Assembly (NCBI GenBank): GCA_028023455.1
Contig: JAQFVV010000009.1
Coordinates: forward strand, 1,550,001-1,614,000
Source: Epiperipatus broadwayi
Lineage: Eukaryota > Animalia > Onychophora
Direction of reading: 5' to 3'
Length of the DNA stretch: 64,000 nt
Position numbers and translations under genes: made by a program. Below the pieces are notes generated by a model. The model was not told where the DNA came from and ran no database searches. It worked only from the letters and a program-made list of their open reading frames with translations. Position 1 is the stretch's first letter. Each line of letters starts with the position of its first letter. Below, in pieces: positions 1 to 13,064 of the stretch.

Positions 1-2879
1 AAAACTCAAGAAAATATAGAAAAAAAATTATTGTTTTAGAATTGTATTAAAATAAATTAGATTTAAATTTTACAAAATAAAAAAATATATATTGTTTTTA
101 TTGCATAGTTTCGGCAAATTTGTCAAAATTTGGCTTTTATGAACTTAAACTATATTCTTATACATAATTCCAAATGTAGATCTGACAATTGTGATCTGTG
201 TTTAGTTTTTATTACAATCATTCAGGAAAATTCTAATTCTCACAAATATGTTGAACCAAAAAATGCATTGAAGAAAATCTCCAAACATTTTGATGTTTAT
301 CCCTGCCTATTAATGTCCAGAAGCTCTCACTTGAAACCATTGATTTTTGTTTTTTCTTGGGGGAAATGTCAATTAAATATTTCTAAGAATTTTAGTTCTA
401 GCATTACACAAAAATAATTTAATTCTTTTCAGCTTCTTCCAATCTGGGTTTATTTTTGAGATCAATAATAACAATAGGTGTTATTTTAAATTTAATTATT
501 TTTACATGAGAAAAATTTTGAATTTTTACTTTTTTATTTTTTATATTCAAATCAGCTTTGTGGTCGACTGGTCATCCCTGGTCTACATATATATTTGAGA
601 TATAGCAAAGCATCTGCCTCAACATATATTATATGCGATTTGACAAGCATTAAAAAGATTAAGAATTGTTAATAAAACAAGATTATAGAGATGAAATAAT
701 TAAAAGACAAGTTATAAGATGATGAATTTCAAAAAACATCTTGGATTAATTGTTGCTTTTGAAAAGCCCTTTATTATTGGTTATTACAGTACACTTAGAA
801 ATATATATAACAGAATTTACTCTTTATTGACCCAATCATAAATTGGTGATGAGCATACTGAATGGTATTACTAATTTTGTTTGTCAAATGTATTAAATTT
901 AATCATTTAATTAATTCTGAGTACCTCTTTACTTGGCTGACATCAATATACTTTTTTTCTTTTAGTCTTTATAATTCATTGATAGATATAATTTTGGAGG
1001 ACTTCATGGGAGAATGTTTTAACTCAGTTCTCTTTGCTAGCAAACTATGTTCTCTATTGAAATTAACTATTACATCCCTTTTTTTAGATAATCGTTCATG
1101 TTTATCAAAAAATATTTATTAAAAAATCTATTGCTCATGCCTACAGCTGTCTCCCTTCAAAACCTACCTTGTTTATTTCAATCAGTCTCTATGGTATGTT
1201 TATTGATAAACAACAATAATTAATTAAAAAAAAATAGAAGAAAATAAAACCGATCAAAAAAAAATTATTTCTTTATAAATATGAATTTGTTTCAAAACAA
1301 ATGCTATATATATATGTGAAATTTTACAACTTGATAACTTTCTTGTTTAAATAATAAATTTAGCAACTCCAATTTATCTTAGTGCATTTTATTTATTTTT
1401 TTTAAACAGTTATAAGTTATATTTAATTAATAAAAAAAATTTTTTTTTTCATTTTTTGTAATACAAACACATAAAATATTTATTTGAGGGCACACTCACA
1501 TGGGAATTCATTTAATCCTTTGTCTACCAAGCTTATATTACTATAATTATTATTATTTTCTGAACTATTTTTGTCATTCTCTTAACTTGTAACTAGCTAC
1601 ACAATGATACAATATATATTTGAAAATTGCTAGAGAGATATCAGAGAGTTGTAACGTTTATCAGAATTGAAGCTTGCCCCAGAGTATCCACTTTTATAGA
1701 TCAATATGTTGGTGTACAGAAAAAACTATAACAGGTCTTAAATATTGTTTATGTAAACTTTCAATTGATTGTTTAGTTGTAAAATAATTTTATTTATGTC
1801 TTATGTATACATTTGTATATTTATTAGTATTATGATGAATTATTATTCAGTTATATTTAATGTATATATTTTATATAATTGACAAGTTTTATTGAGTGTG
1901 GGGTCGTTAATATTTCATACTTCAATCCTGGAAATGAAACTTTAGCCCATTAGCACCATTTAATGTTTTTAGCCCAACAGCTCAGATGAAAGAGAGAATA
2001 TTGGTTCATTGAGAAATTAATTTTGTTAAACATGGTAATGCAGAATATCATTTATTATGATGATTTTAAGACTTGAGTAAAGCAGTATTTATGAATAAGA
2101 TAAAAAAAATAGCATTAATGAGACAAACATTTATAAGCAATTCTGATTTAAATAATACCATAGAGTAGAAAAAGCAACAGTAGATTTATTTTTCTATTAA
2201 ACAAGATTGCTGGCAGTAAGTTAAGGATGCCCATATTATTATGTTTTCTGAGATAAATAAAATAATAGCAAAACTAAATATTGTAATTATTTTGACCAAA
2301 CATCACCTAAGCGTATAACTAGATTGCATTCCCAAAATCACAAACAATTCAGATGAGAATGTGTAAGAGAATACATCATAGGAATTTCATAGTGAGAGTA
2401 ATCCTTGAACAATTCTTATGAGTGATGATAAATGCTGAAAACACTGAAAGTCAATAAAACTTATATAGAGATTGGTGCGGAAGCCTTCATGGCCAACAAG
2501 AGATTGCTAAAAGACCAAGTTGATACAGCAAGAGGAAAAGAAAATCTTTCAGACATCTCTAATAGTTATATGGAATAAGGAGTAAATATATATATTGTAA
2601 TGGTCAGAATTGTCTATCTCATTAAGACACTGCAGAATTCAAACCCAGACATGAAACTCAACACTCTAGGAGGGGTTGCCTTCTAGAAATCCTAAGTTTG
2701 AATCTAAAGTCTATACTCCACAGTGTGACCTACATAATAACACATCTGACGCCACTAATAGCATAGTTTCTTGCTGGTGCCGGTGGTCAGGGAGAAGCAA
2801 AAACTCTATATTACAATACATCATTAGGTTTGCTAACTAAAGACTATGGATGGTATAAATATATATACAAAAGGTGAAA

Positions 2880-4580
2880 TAGACCGGAGTAATGGTGTGG
2901 ATCACAGAAAATAAATAAATATTCAACTGATTAAAATTTAAATATGGTTTATTAATTAAACATTATAAAATAGCATTGTCTGAATAAGCCAGTCCATGCC
3001 GTCAACTCATTAAAAGATAAATATATATATTTGGAATAAATTGAATAAAGTGCCATTTACATTAATGGTTTGTTAATTTATACATACTCTCTATATCTCG
3101 GGTCAATGCAAGATAATATAATAATGTGCTTAAGCAAAAGTACAGTTATATAAAGAAAGATTGATTTCAATATATATGAGACCTATGGGAATATAACAAG
3201 TGTTTGTTAAATTAATTTATATATTTGAAAAAAGAACTTGTATTGAATTCAAGAATAGTGTGGACGAAAGCTCGCTGAGCTAGAGGCATGGAAGTGGTTA
3301 AGACCCGAGGAATTAAATAAAATATTTTAATAAAAGAGAATGGTGGTACTAGTGGAGAATCAAAAATATAGGATGGAGTGTGATACATTAAAACTGCAGC
3401 TTTGTGAAATAAAATAATAAACAAAATTAAAGCAGACAGGATGGTGTCTCACCATGGACCCCATGGAAAGTTTTGTCATAAACAGCCTGACTATGGCATT
3501 GTACCATGAACTCCATGACTGGTTGACTTAAGTGTAATATTCCCAGGTATGACTCCTAGTGCATACATTATCTGGAAACTGCGAGAAGAAAAGGGAAAGA
3601 TCTGAGTCATAAATTCATATAGAAACAAAGCAGGTCTCAACATCCCATATGCCTACACCAGTAACACACAATATAAGACATAAACAAATACATAGAAGGA
3701 AAAAAAAACAAATACATAGAAAGGGTAACTAAATAAGTAAAGGTGCTTAACTAATTCCTATATCATTTAAAGATGGTCCGCACATTCTCGACCTCAATTT
3801 TTACAATTCATAAATGGCATTATAAATACAATAAAATGTTTTAAAATAAGAAAAATGGAGGGGAATGCATGATAAAAAGGGGATTCATAAGGTTATACAT
3901 AGTCGTGCATTTCTCTATATTTATAAAGTTCACTTATCAATTTCGCATTATATAAAAAAAATGTGAAATATACCTTTCTTGAAAACAATTATTTAGGAGA
4001 TTAATAAAATAACAGAGCCCTCGAACAAGCAATTTTAGAAGACATTTATTAAGGGGTCAGTTATAAAATTAATCCACAATATGGCAGCACACTAATAAAA
4101 GGGAGGGAAATAATTTGTTTGTTCGATGACTATTTAAGCACACTACTATAATAAAAGAAATAAATTAGCAAATATATAAAGTAGAAAATATCAACCCAAG
4201 GATAGAAAGAAAAGTATACAAGTTAGGTTACACAATATTTTACAGAAAGAGATGGTTTTATAATTAAAAAAATACTTAAATTTAGCTAGCTTTAAAAGGG
4301 GAAGTAGACAACACGAGCTCTTGGGTTAATGGAGGTTACCTTATATCAATTTGGGCAGTTTGTGCACATTTTTTATTGTTCAAATCCAGCCACGAGTTGG
4401 ACTGTTGATTTTATTCTGATTTATTGTACTGATTTGTTTATTCCCATCAATGATGATGATGGATGGATGTTCAAATTAAACATGTCAAATGTACCAATCT
4501 TTTATAAAGAGGTTGAGAATTGTCAATAAAAACAAGAGATTGATATAATCTTGTAAAAATGTAATAAGTTAATTAAAAGA
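2880..4580 (+). mobile_element. Highly degenerate non-LTR retrotransposon remnant (possibly L1/Tx1-like 3' half)
   Basis: Stop-riddled frames give SRIVWTKAR*ARGMEVV (resembles the L1 K..GG[LM]G motif) and GQFVHIFYCS (resembles the C-terminal H.F..C motif); purine-rich strand bias. Boundaries approximate. Confidence 0.3.
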
Positions 4581-5713
4581 TATGTTCTGGGATGAATCCC
4601 CCCCCCCCACCCAATAAAAAAAAACATTCTACAATAATTACCACTTATGAAACCCTTATTTTTTATTATCCCAATATCATAATATATTGCTAGAGATATC
4701 GGAGAACTAGAATTTTACAAGAAATAATGCTCAAGGTCTAGGACATGCACTCTTGTAGCTCATTCAATGGATGCAGAAAAAAAAAACAATAATAGATTAT
4801 ATAGATCTTTAATATTTAACTAAATCTTTGGGTAATTATTTAGTTGTCAAATAACTATTTGTATGTGAAACATATGTGATGATCGTTCTTATTGCTATAT
4901 ATAAAAAAACTTAGAATGTTGATAAAATATATATATGGGAAATTGTCGTCAATACATGATCATTACCATATTTATCTTAATATTTGATTTGGATGTCACC
5001 AGGTTTTAAAGGAGTTTGGAACTCACAGGATAGGGTTTGATCCTATTTTTCTCTTCATTTTCACTATTGGTATACTTCTATATATAAATTTAATAAATAA
5101 ACTATATGTATATACTAAATTATTTACTTAAATTCACTCCTTGTTCTTTTCTATGTGCTGCTCATTTTTATTACTCCATCAAATCAAAAAATTATGAGAT
5201 TTCTGTTTTGAAATTGTTATGATTTTGAAGTTGAATGGAAAAATAATAAATTAAACAAAAAAAATGTCTTATTAAAAGTGTTGACAATGCTCTTAAATGT
5301 AAATAAGTATAATTGTATAATAGTTTCTAGTATTAATTTGAATACCCTCTACTTAAAATTACTATAAAATTATGTTATTGTTTTATAATATTTACAATGG
5401 ATTACATTGTTTTCTAAATGATAATTCACTATGACATAAAATCGTTTTCTTAAGGAATCCAATTAATTATTTCATATATACATATTTAATAGGTTGCAAT
5501 AATATTAAATTTCTATTCAAGAAATGAATTATCATGGATATATTATTAATCTACATCTAAGATGGTAAAATAAAATACTGTTATGCATGTGGACAAAGAT
5601 ATTTAATTAATATGCTTTCTTCATTTATCTCATACTTCATAAATCAGAAGATAGAAACAACAATTATAAGATCTAACTTAAGATATATTAAATTCATAAA
5701 ATGGTATGCTGTG

Positions 5714-6341
5714 TGCTATGTATTAGTATTGCGTTATTATAATATATCAGCAAGTAATAGAAAGTTAAATACTTTAATGTACATGTCTAAAGATAAGAAA
5801 AGAGATAAGCATTTCCAGTTTTATCCCGCCCCCTCCTCTGCGCGGGAAACGCATGAACCTCAGAGAAATAGCAGTTGGAACGCGGACCTGAAGCAAGACA
5901 AGGCTATCCCAGACTCCTGTGCATGAATGAGAAGAGCAGTATTTAAGGCCCAGTAAGAACCAAGAAAATTGTCACGAGATAGCAGTGTAACCAGAAGACA
6001 GCATGCCGGCTGAAATCAGAACTCGTGATCCAGTGAACTCCGCCACTGAAGGTGCCAAAGCGGAACTAGGGACTTATAGAGGCCATCCGGGTTTTATTAT
6101 TATTTGTCGTAAGCCGCAAGGCCAGATTATGTAAGCATATTATTAATATATCAAATTTGTTGTAATCGTAAGGTGTATATTAAATTATTAGTAAGAATAT
6201 ATATATAACCTAAATATGCTAATGTCAGTTGTTGTAAATATGTTAATATCGTTTTGTTGTAGATAAATATTTATTATTATTAATTATCAGTAGTTGAAAT
6301 TATTTAGTTCGCTTGGATAGAGAGCGGGGGAGAATATTACA
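5714..6341 (+). mobile_element. Solo LTR (family A), 628 bp
   Basis: TG...CA termini, perfect 5-bp TSD CTGTG (5709-5713, 6342-6346), GC/CpG-richer than the flanks. Strand inferred from the TATA-like TATTTAAG near 5940. Confidence 0.85.
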
Positions 6342-7745
6342 CTGTGATTATAATATACCATAATAAAATTTAAATACATATTTCATAACTCGTCATTTTT
6401 CATTTTTAAAAAACTATATGAGTATTGACAAACACTATCAATATGCTAAAGATGAATTTCCTTCTTAAAAGAAGATATATATAATCTTCAAAACTTCTGA
6501 TACTTTTTAAGTAAAGTTTGTGTGTGGAATAATCATCTGCCTTTACAATGTGTACAATTTTCATTCATGATCTTAGTCATGTTCAGATATAAACTATATG
6601 AATCTATAGTGAGCAGTAGTATTTCAATTGGCTAATCATTCTTATGGGCAATAATATTTTCAATGTGATCAGTCTGGTTTAAAGACATCTTTGAAAGGTT
6701 AAATTCTAAAGAAAAGCTTGTTAAATAACAAAACACAACCTAAACTTTGATATTTTTGTAATATAATCTTGCATAAGAAATGTTCAAAATTATCAAGCAA
6801 AAGCATGTTTTGGTCATGAATGAATTTGCTGGAAAATGCTAGTGGACAGATCATAACTGAAATAACAATCATCAAACAGTGATGAAAAAAAGATGAGGTC
6901 ATTTACAAATAGTAAGCACATTACAATTGTTAAGTTTGCATTAGAAATTTTGCAGGAAATGAAAAAATTCATTTATATTTTTTATAACAGAGAAAGTCTT
7001 AGTATAGAATTTATTATATGTTTTTTTATTTAGTAGACCATTATAATGCACCAAAGTATTTTTTTTTTTCTGAAATGGGGAGACTAATTTTGCATTATCA
7101 AATAAATTAGAGTTGTATATGGCACTATATCTATTTAACATGTATATTTTTATAATGAGGTAAGACCAAAAATCTTGGGTGAGTTGGCAAATAATGTAAT
7201 TGAAAGTAGAAAATACCTCTCAAGATAAGAGAATAAAGTGTAAAAATAACATTCTGGTTAAATATTAGAATAAAGATTATAACAACAGGGGCAGCAAATT
7301 GCTTAAAAAATAAAGGAGTGGTAGACTTATTAACATAATGATAGATGTGTGTTTAAGCAGCCTGAAGACTAAATAGATCTGAAGAAATGTTAATCATATA
7401 ATGACCAGGAATGCATCAACATAACTGTGTTTAACATAATATTTTAAATTATCTAAAATGTAAATGAAAACCTTTTAAAAATGAGTAAGATTTCAACTTA
7501 TTCATATTTTTAATAAATAAATTATATTACATAGTTTATTGCAGTGGTAGAGTAATGATTTTTGGGAGTTCAAGCCAAAGAATCATGACTCCAGTTAGGT
7601 TATTTATGGTACTCAAACTCTTGGAGTCATACAAACTATTAACTATTTGATTATTTATTTAATTGCATTAGTTCAGATTAATTGATATTTTGGAAACTGT
7701 TAGGGTTTTGATTTTTTTTTTTTTAATTTATATAGTTAAATCTAG

Positions 7746-7851
7746 TCAAGCGTTGTTAGCCGAGAGGTCATCGCAACCGCCTTGCAAGCAAGTAGTTGGT
7801 TGCAGACAGTTGTGGGTTCGCGTCCTGGCCGATGCTATGACACATGAAAAA
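7746..7851 (+). mobile_element. tRNA-Gly(TCC)-derived SINE copy with internal insertion
   Basis: A-box TAGCCGAGAGG, B-box GGTTCGCGTCC, tail TGACACATG(A)n shared with other copies; 17-bp TSD TATATAGTTAAATCTAG (7729-7745, 7852-7868). Confidence 0.85.
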
Positions 7852-8302
7852 TATATAGTTAAATCTAGATATTTAAGATTAAGCTAATATTTTTGGAATT
7901 TATTATTAGAGCTTAGGTAAGTTTGGGTTTTCACGACTACCCTCAAAAGATAAATTATGACTCTGCATTCAATGGATAGATACTTTTTATATCAATGTAA
8001 TGATAGTTACAACATATTTTGTGTTTTATAGTCACTGTAACTGCCTTGCAAGCAAGTAGTTGGTTGCAGACGGTTGTGGGTTCGCGTCCCGGCCGATGCT
8101 ATGACACATGAAAAATATATAGTTAAATCTAGATATTTAAGATTAAGCTAATATTTTTGGAATTTATTATTAGAGCTTAGGTAAGTTTGGGTTTTCACGA
8201 CTACCCTCAAAAGATAAATTATGACTCTGCATTCAATGGATAGATACCTTTTATATCAATGTAATGATAGTTACAACATATTTTGTGTTTTATAGTCACT
8301 GT
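7775..8302. repeat. Near-identical 264-bp tandem duplication
   Basis: 7775-8038 repeats at 8039-8302 with only a few substitutions; the unit starts inside the SINE. Confidence 0.95.
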
Positions 8303-10139
8303 TCAAACTCATCATAAAGCCGTTATCTTTTATCTAATAGTAACTAAATAATTATAATTCGTTTCTTAGTATAGACGATATAAAACAATTAAAGGATTGT
8401 CTATAGATTGATTACCTGAAAGAAAAATAGTCTGCACCTAAAAAAAATTTTAAAGTTTCATCTAGGCCAGATATGAAATCAAAGTCTTGGGTGTAGCAAT
8501 TAGATATCCTAGTTATTATGCCATGAATCTTTTTCTTACTAAGAATTACATTTTGATAAATGCATTGCTCTTTTCATAACTTTTGACCTTGAATTGAAAT
8601 CATTATAAAAAAGTAAGGAGTGATGGATATAATATTTAAATACAAAGTGAAGATCTTACATTTAAGCAAGAACAGAGCAGGGATGTCATTAAATTAGTAG
8701 GATATTGAACAAGTTAAATAAAAAAAAGAAAACATGACTAAACTTGGGAAATAGTGAGAAATTACATAAAAGGATGCTAAAAGTAAGAGGAGTTCATATA
8801 TTGGGATAAATTCTGGAAGAAAAGTATAGAGCAGTAATAAAATAATTTATAATATAGTTAAGTTTGGTGGAACTTAAAAATATATGAAAAATTAATAAAT
8901 AATATAAAAGTTTTTGAAGAAATCAAATATAACTTGTAAGAGCAAAAAAATACTTTAAAAAAATATTTAAAAGAGTGAGATAGAATAAATAATGAAAACA
9001 AAAAGAGAACTCACTGGAAAATTATATTTCTATTGAAAATAAGAGTGTCTAATGGGGGGGGGGGGTGAATGTAAGATTCATTAGATGAAAAGAAATATTG
9101 CAAAAAGAGAAGTGATTGTGATGCTGGCTGTTCAAATAAAACGATGATAATAAATATTAAGGGTGTGATAAGCTAGAACTTTTAACAAAATATTACTGGA
9201 CAATAGCAGAGTTATTGAGATGAGGAAGTCTTTAAGCATTAATACATTGTGTCAAGTAAGGATGGAAGCAATATTATAAAGGAACTTTTATCTAATTGCA
9301 AAACAGATAGAAACACCAATAATGCTAAAAAAAAATATGATTATTAAAATAGAAAAGTTATCCACAGCTATGAACTATAATAAATGATTTTAAATCATAT
9401 GGAAAGATGTAATCATTTGATATATTTTTGAATGACAGTAACGGGATTCTGCTTTGAGAGAAAAGGATTAACCATTGTGGCAATACTAAGTCTCCTTAGA
9501 TCACTTATTTATTTATTGGTGTTGATACTAAAGTTAACTGATCATCTATTTTTGAATTTGTGTGTAGGTTAATAAATATAAGTCTTCTGTTAATAAGATA
9601 AGTATTCAAGTTATTGACAATCAAATTTGGCTTCAAAGATGTACATTGCTATTGTTGACTCATTAGACTTACACTCAATAATAAACTTGTCTAAAGTGTA
9701 ATGTTTTCTGGATCAGATTCAGAATATAATACAATGTCCAGTGAATTAACACTAAAGTAAGTATCCAATGACTTAAATAGGCCAATAAAATAAGTAGGTC
9801 ATTAAATATGATTGTTCATAGATAGGGAGTTGGCTACAAAGCTAAGGTCCAGAGAAATGCATTACTAAGTCACTTTTATGACAATTCACTGACCTGGTAT
9901 TACTCTGGCAGTAATGAATACAGATATTTGTAGAAAGCAATCTGTTATGCTTACATTTTAGAGTTGTTACCTACTGACTAAAAAATAGTATTAGTCTTTT
10001 CATGACATGCTAGGTTTATCAGAATAAGTTGAGGCATTCCTTTATGGCTGCAAGTACACAATTATAATCTTACCAATTGTAATAGGCAATGAATTCAATG
10101 CAATAAATGTTTTAATTTTATTTAATTATATCTCAGTTA

Positions 10140-11190
10140 TTTATTAGCCTGAGAATAAGTAATTGGAAATCAGATGTAGAATATATATATATAAGATAAA
10201 GGTATATTGTTAATAATAGAGTAATTAGGAGAATTAATTTATAATCTGAGGAAATGTTATTTAAGACAGAAATTGGGTAAGATAAGAGAAAGGGCAATGA
10301 AAAATGATTTTCCAATTAAAATTATTAATAAATTGTGTGGAAAGAAAAATATTGAAAAAATAAAATTTGATAAAAAGAAAGATAAAAAGGAATGTATATA
10401 TTAGTTATAAGGTATCAAAAAAAATTTTTTTTAATTAAAAGGTTTATGAAGGATATAAATAGAAATATGAAAAGGAATGTAATTTATTGCTGAAGCCAGT
10501 GTATAAAAGGAAGTTTAATTTAGATAATGTTATAAAGGAAATAAGAAATAGGAATGTTGAAAATATGAATGGTATTTATAGAATTGGGTGTTTAGATTGT
10601 AAAAAAGATAATAGGAATGTGTCATATATAGGTACAACAAAGAATAAATTAGGGACAAAGTTGAAACAACATTTAAGTGATCAAAATTTAAATATTAACA
10701 TACACAATAAGGAATGGACATATAGATTTTAAGATAGGAATGTTGGAAAAAGTAAGATTATATAGAGAAAGAATGGTAAAGGAGAGTTTATATATAAAGA
10801 GAAATAAACCTGTTCTGAATAGAATAAATTATGTAAATGTTATATTTTAAGTTAAGAATAAATTTGAAAATAAAGGTATTGTTTTAAAGTAATTACTTAG
10901 GAGGTACAAAAAGGAAAGTAAAAAATATTTGTGATTTTTTTAAAAAAAGAAGATTTATAAGTAAAACAATGGAAAAGTTTGGGGAGTAAAGAAGTAAATA
11001 AGAGTAATGTATATATAATATAGTATATGTAAAAAAGATGTATTGATAAATGAAAGGAAAATGTTATTGATTTATGATAAGGATTGATGCATTTTTTATT
11101 GTATTGATATATTATAAAGATGTAAATATGTATTTTGTAGATCCTTGAAAATGATTACAAACAAAGTGGTCAAAACATTGGATGTATAAA
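10140..11190 (+). mobile_element. Penelope-like element, 3' part (RT C-terminus, GIY-YIG endonuclease, 3' tail)
   Basis: LRQKLGKIRERAMKNDFPIKIINKL (PLE RT C-terminus); ORF 10487-10732 GIYRIGCLDC..YIGTTK.KL..KLKQH (GIY-YIG); hammerhead-like tail at 11143-11181. Confidence 0.85.
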
Positions 11191-11481
11191 CAAGTAAATA
11201 TATATATATATATATGGTGATGATAGAAATAATATTTTTGGAAAGAAAAAAATGAGAGTGTATTTTTTGATTGGATTTTGTGGAAAGAACATATTTTATA
11301 AGTCCATTTATATTTAAAAGAAAAAAGATGTGTGCTGCTGTTAAAAAAAGATTTAATGGCAGTGATAATAAATAAAATATATTTTAGATATTCATCTCTA
11401 TTAAAGAATTCTCAACTCAGCACTCAAATGAACTGAATTTCAACAGGAGCTAACATTATAAGGACTAATTGATTAAAATAC

Positions 11482-12123
11482 TGTCATATTTGACCTTGTC
11501 TTCAGAAGTGGATTAGTCCAGATTCCTTATCTGATCAGATTGAGGACTTATTTCCACTAATCAATGTGTAAACATGTGTTTAAGCAATGTATAAACATGT
11601 CCAAAGGGTAAAACATAAGTATGGTCAATGTGTAAACATGTGGATAAAACTACCATTGGTTAATGCAGTCCAATAGGCAATGATGCTCTCTGAATCTGAT
11701 TGCTTCCATTAAGGTAGAGGATCTGGTAATAAATAGCAGTCTTTTTGGAGACAAGCAAGATAAAGAGAGAACGTCTGTCCAACATGAATGATTGAAGGTG
11801 CTGTCAATTGAAACCACTTCCAACAGCAAAGGTGTTTCTAGTATAGTCATTACTGATACAACCATGTAGAGGCAAGACCACAATAAGACTAGAAACTGCT
11901 AAGACTATGGCCAATTTGAGGTAAATTGCTTAGTACAGCCAGAAGAGACTTGACTAGAACTCATGAGACAAGCTAACATATACAGCTAGAAGTGAGTCTG
12001 GCATGACCAACATAGTATTAACTACATTTATTTGTGTACAACTGTATTTATTGAGTGTTCATATTTTTATTGATATCACTGTTGGTTTGAGCCTAAAACT
12101 TGCAATTCAGACCAAACACAACA
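11482..12123 (+). mobile_element. Solo LTR (family B), 642 bp
   Basis: TGTCATAT...CACAACA termini, perfect TSD AATAC (11477-11481, 12124-12128); similar to copies at 38227, 60589, 62275 and the LTR ending at 48460. Confidence 0.9.
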
Positions 12124-12315
12124 AATACAAATAGAACCACTGAATGCTAAAGATTATTTAATATCTATCAATAGTTACAATTCAGATAATCTGAAAATTT
12201 GAACATTGTACAAGGTTTGAGAAAAGTAGAAAATTTTTTGTTTTCAGTTCAGCCTTACATTTGCAACTGAGTTTGATTTTGATAAAGCAATCTCTGCTGA
12301 CAGTTTATTTCTATC

Positions 12316-12478
12316 ACATGATCGCCATTTCTTGTGCTTGCTCACAAGTAGAAACTAGTCTAGGGATATTGGATGAGTAGGCACTAGTTAAGTATTTTAT
12401 GAACAAGTGTTCTGGCATCCATTGATTAGTCTGGCTTGCACTGAATGGCACTACTGTATGGAGAGTTTTGCCTGTTTT
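12316..12478. mobile_element. Short (~163 bp) interspersed element of unknown class with 14-bp TSD
   Basis: Flanked by AGTTTATTTCTATC (12302-12315, 12479-12492); homologous to 17751-17890 and 18130-18266. Confidence 0.7.
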
Positions 12479-13020
12479 AGTTTATTTCTATCCTAAACCC
12501 ATAACTGTATTACAGATGTACAATGACAGCAAATCAGACAGTTCCATTAAAGATTGAACCCAATACTAAATCAATTAAAAAATTTGTCAAATATTCAGCT
12601 GATTAAAACTAAAGTAGGGGACTTCAGATAAAAAAAAAAAATTCTTAATTGCCATCAAAATAAAATACCACTAAGTACCATTAGAAAAATTTGCTATTGA
12701 TGCAATAAACAGCCAACACATACACACAAATCTGCAAAAATATAAAATTTGTAGACATTTCATTTGTGTGGGAACATACAAACTGCTTGCTTTAAAATGA
12801 AACAAAAAGATGCATAGAAAACAATGGAGTTCATTCTAAAAAACCTGAAAATTAAATTTTATAAAATCAACATAGAATTTGTGAAAAGTACTAATTCAGT
12901 GCTCAAATCTGAATTACTATATAATAATCTATTTCTATTTAACAGGAAAATAATTATAAGTTATTGGAGTAACCAATTTCACTTCTGAATAAGGCAATAA
13001 TAAAGATTATAACACCTAAA

Positions 13021-13023
<3 letters not shown>

Positions 13024-13059
<36 letters not shown>
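13024..13059. repeat. (TA)n microsatellite
   Basis: Perfect AT dinucleotide run. Confidence 0.95.

Positions 13060-13064
<5 letters not shown>

Noticed and set aside
2596-2815. Possible 220-bp solo LTR (TGTAAT...ATTACA)
   Set aside because: Flanks TATAT/ATACA do not form a TSD and there is no second copy in the window.
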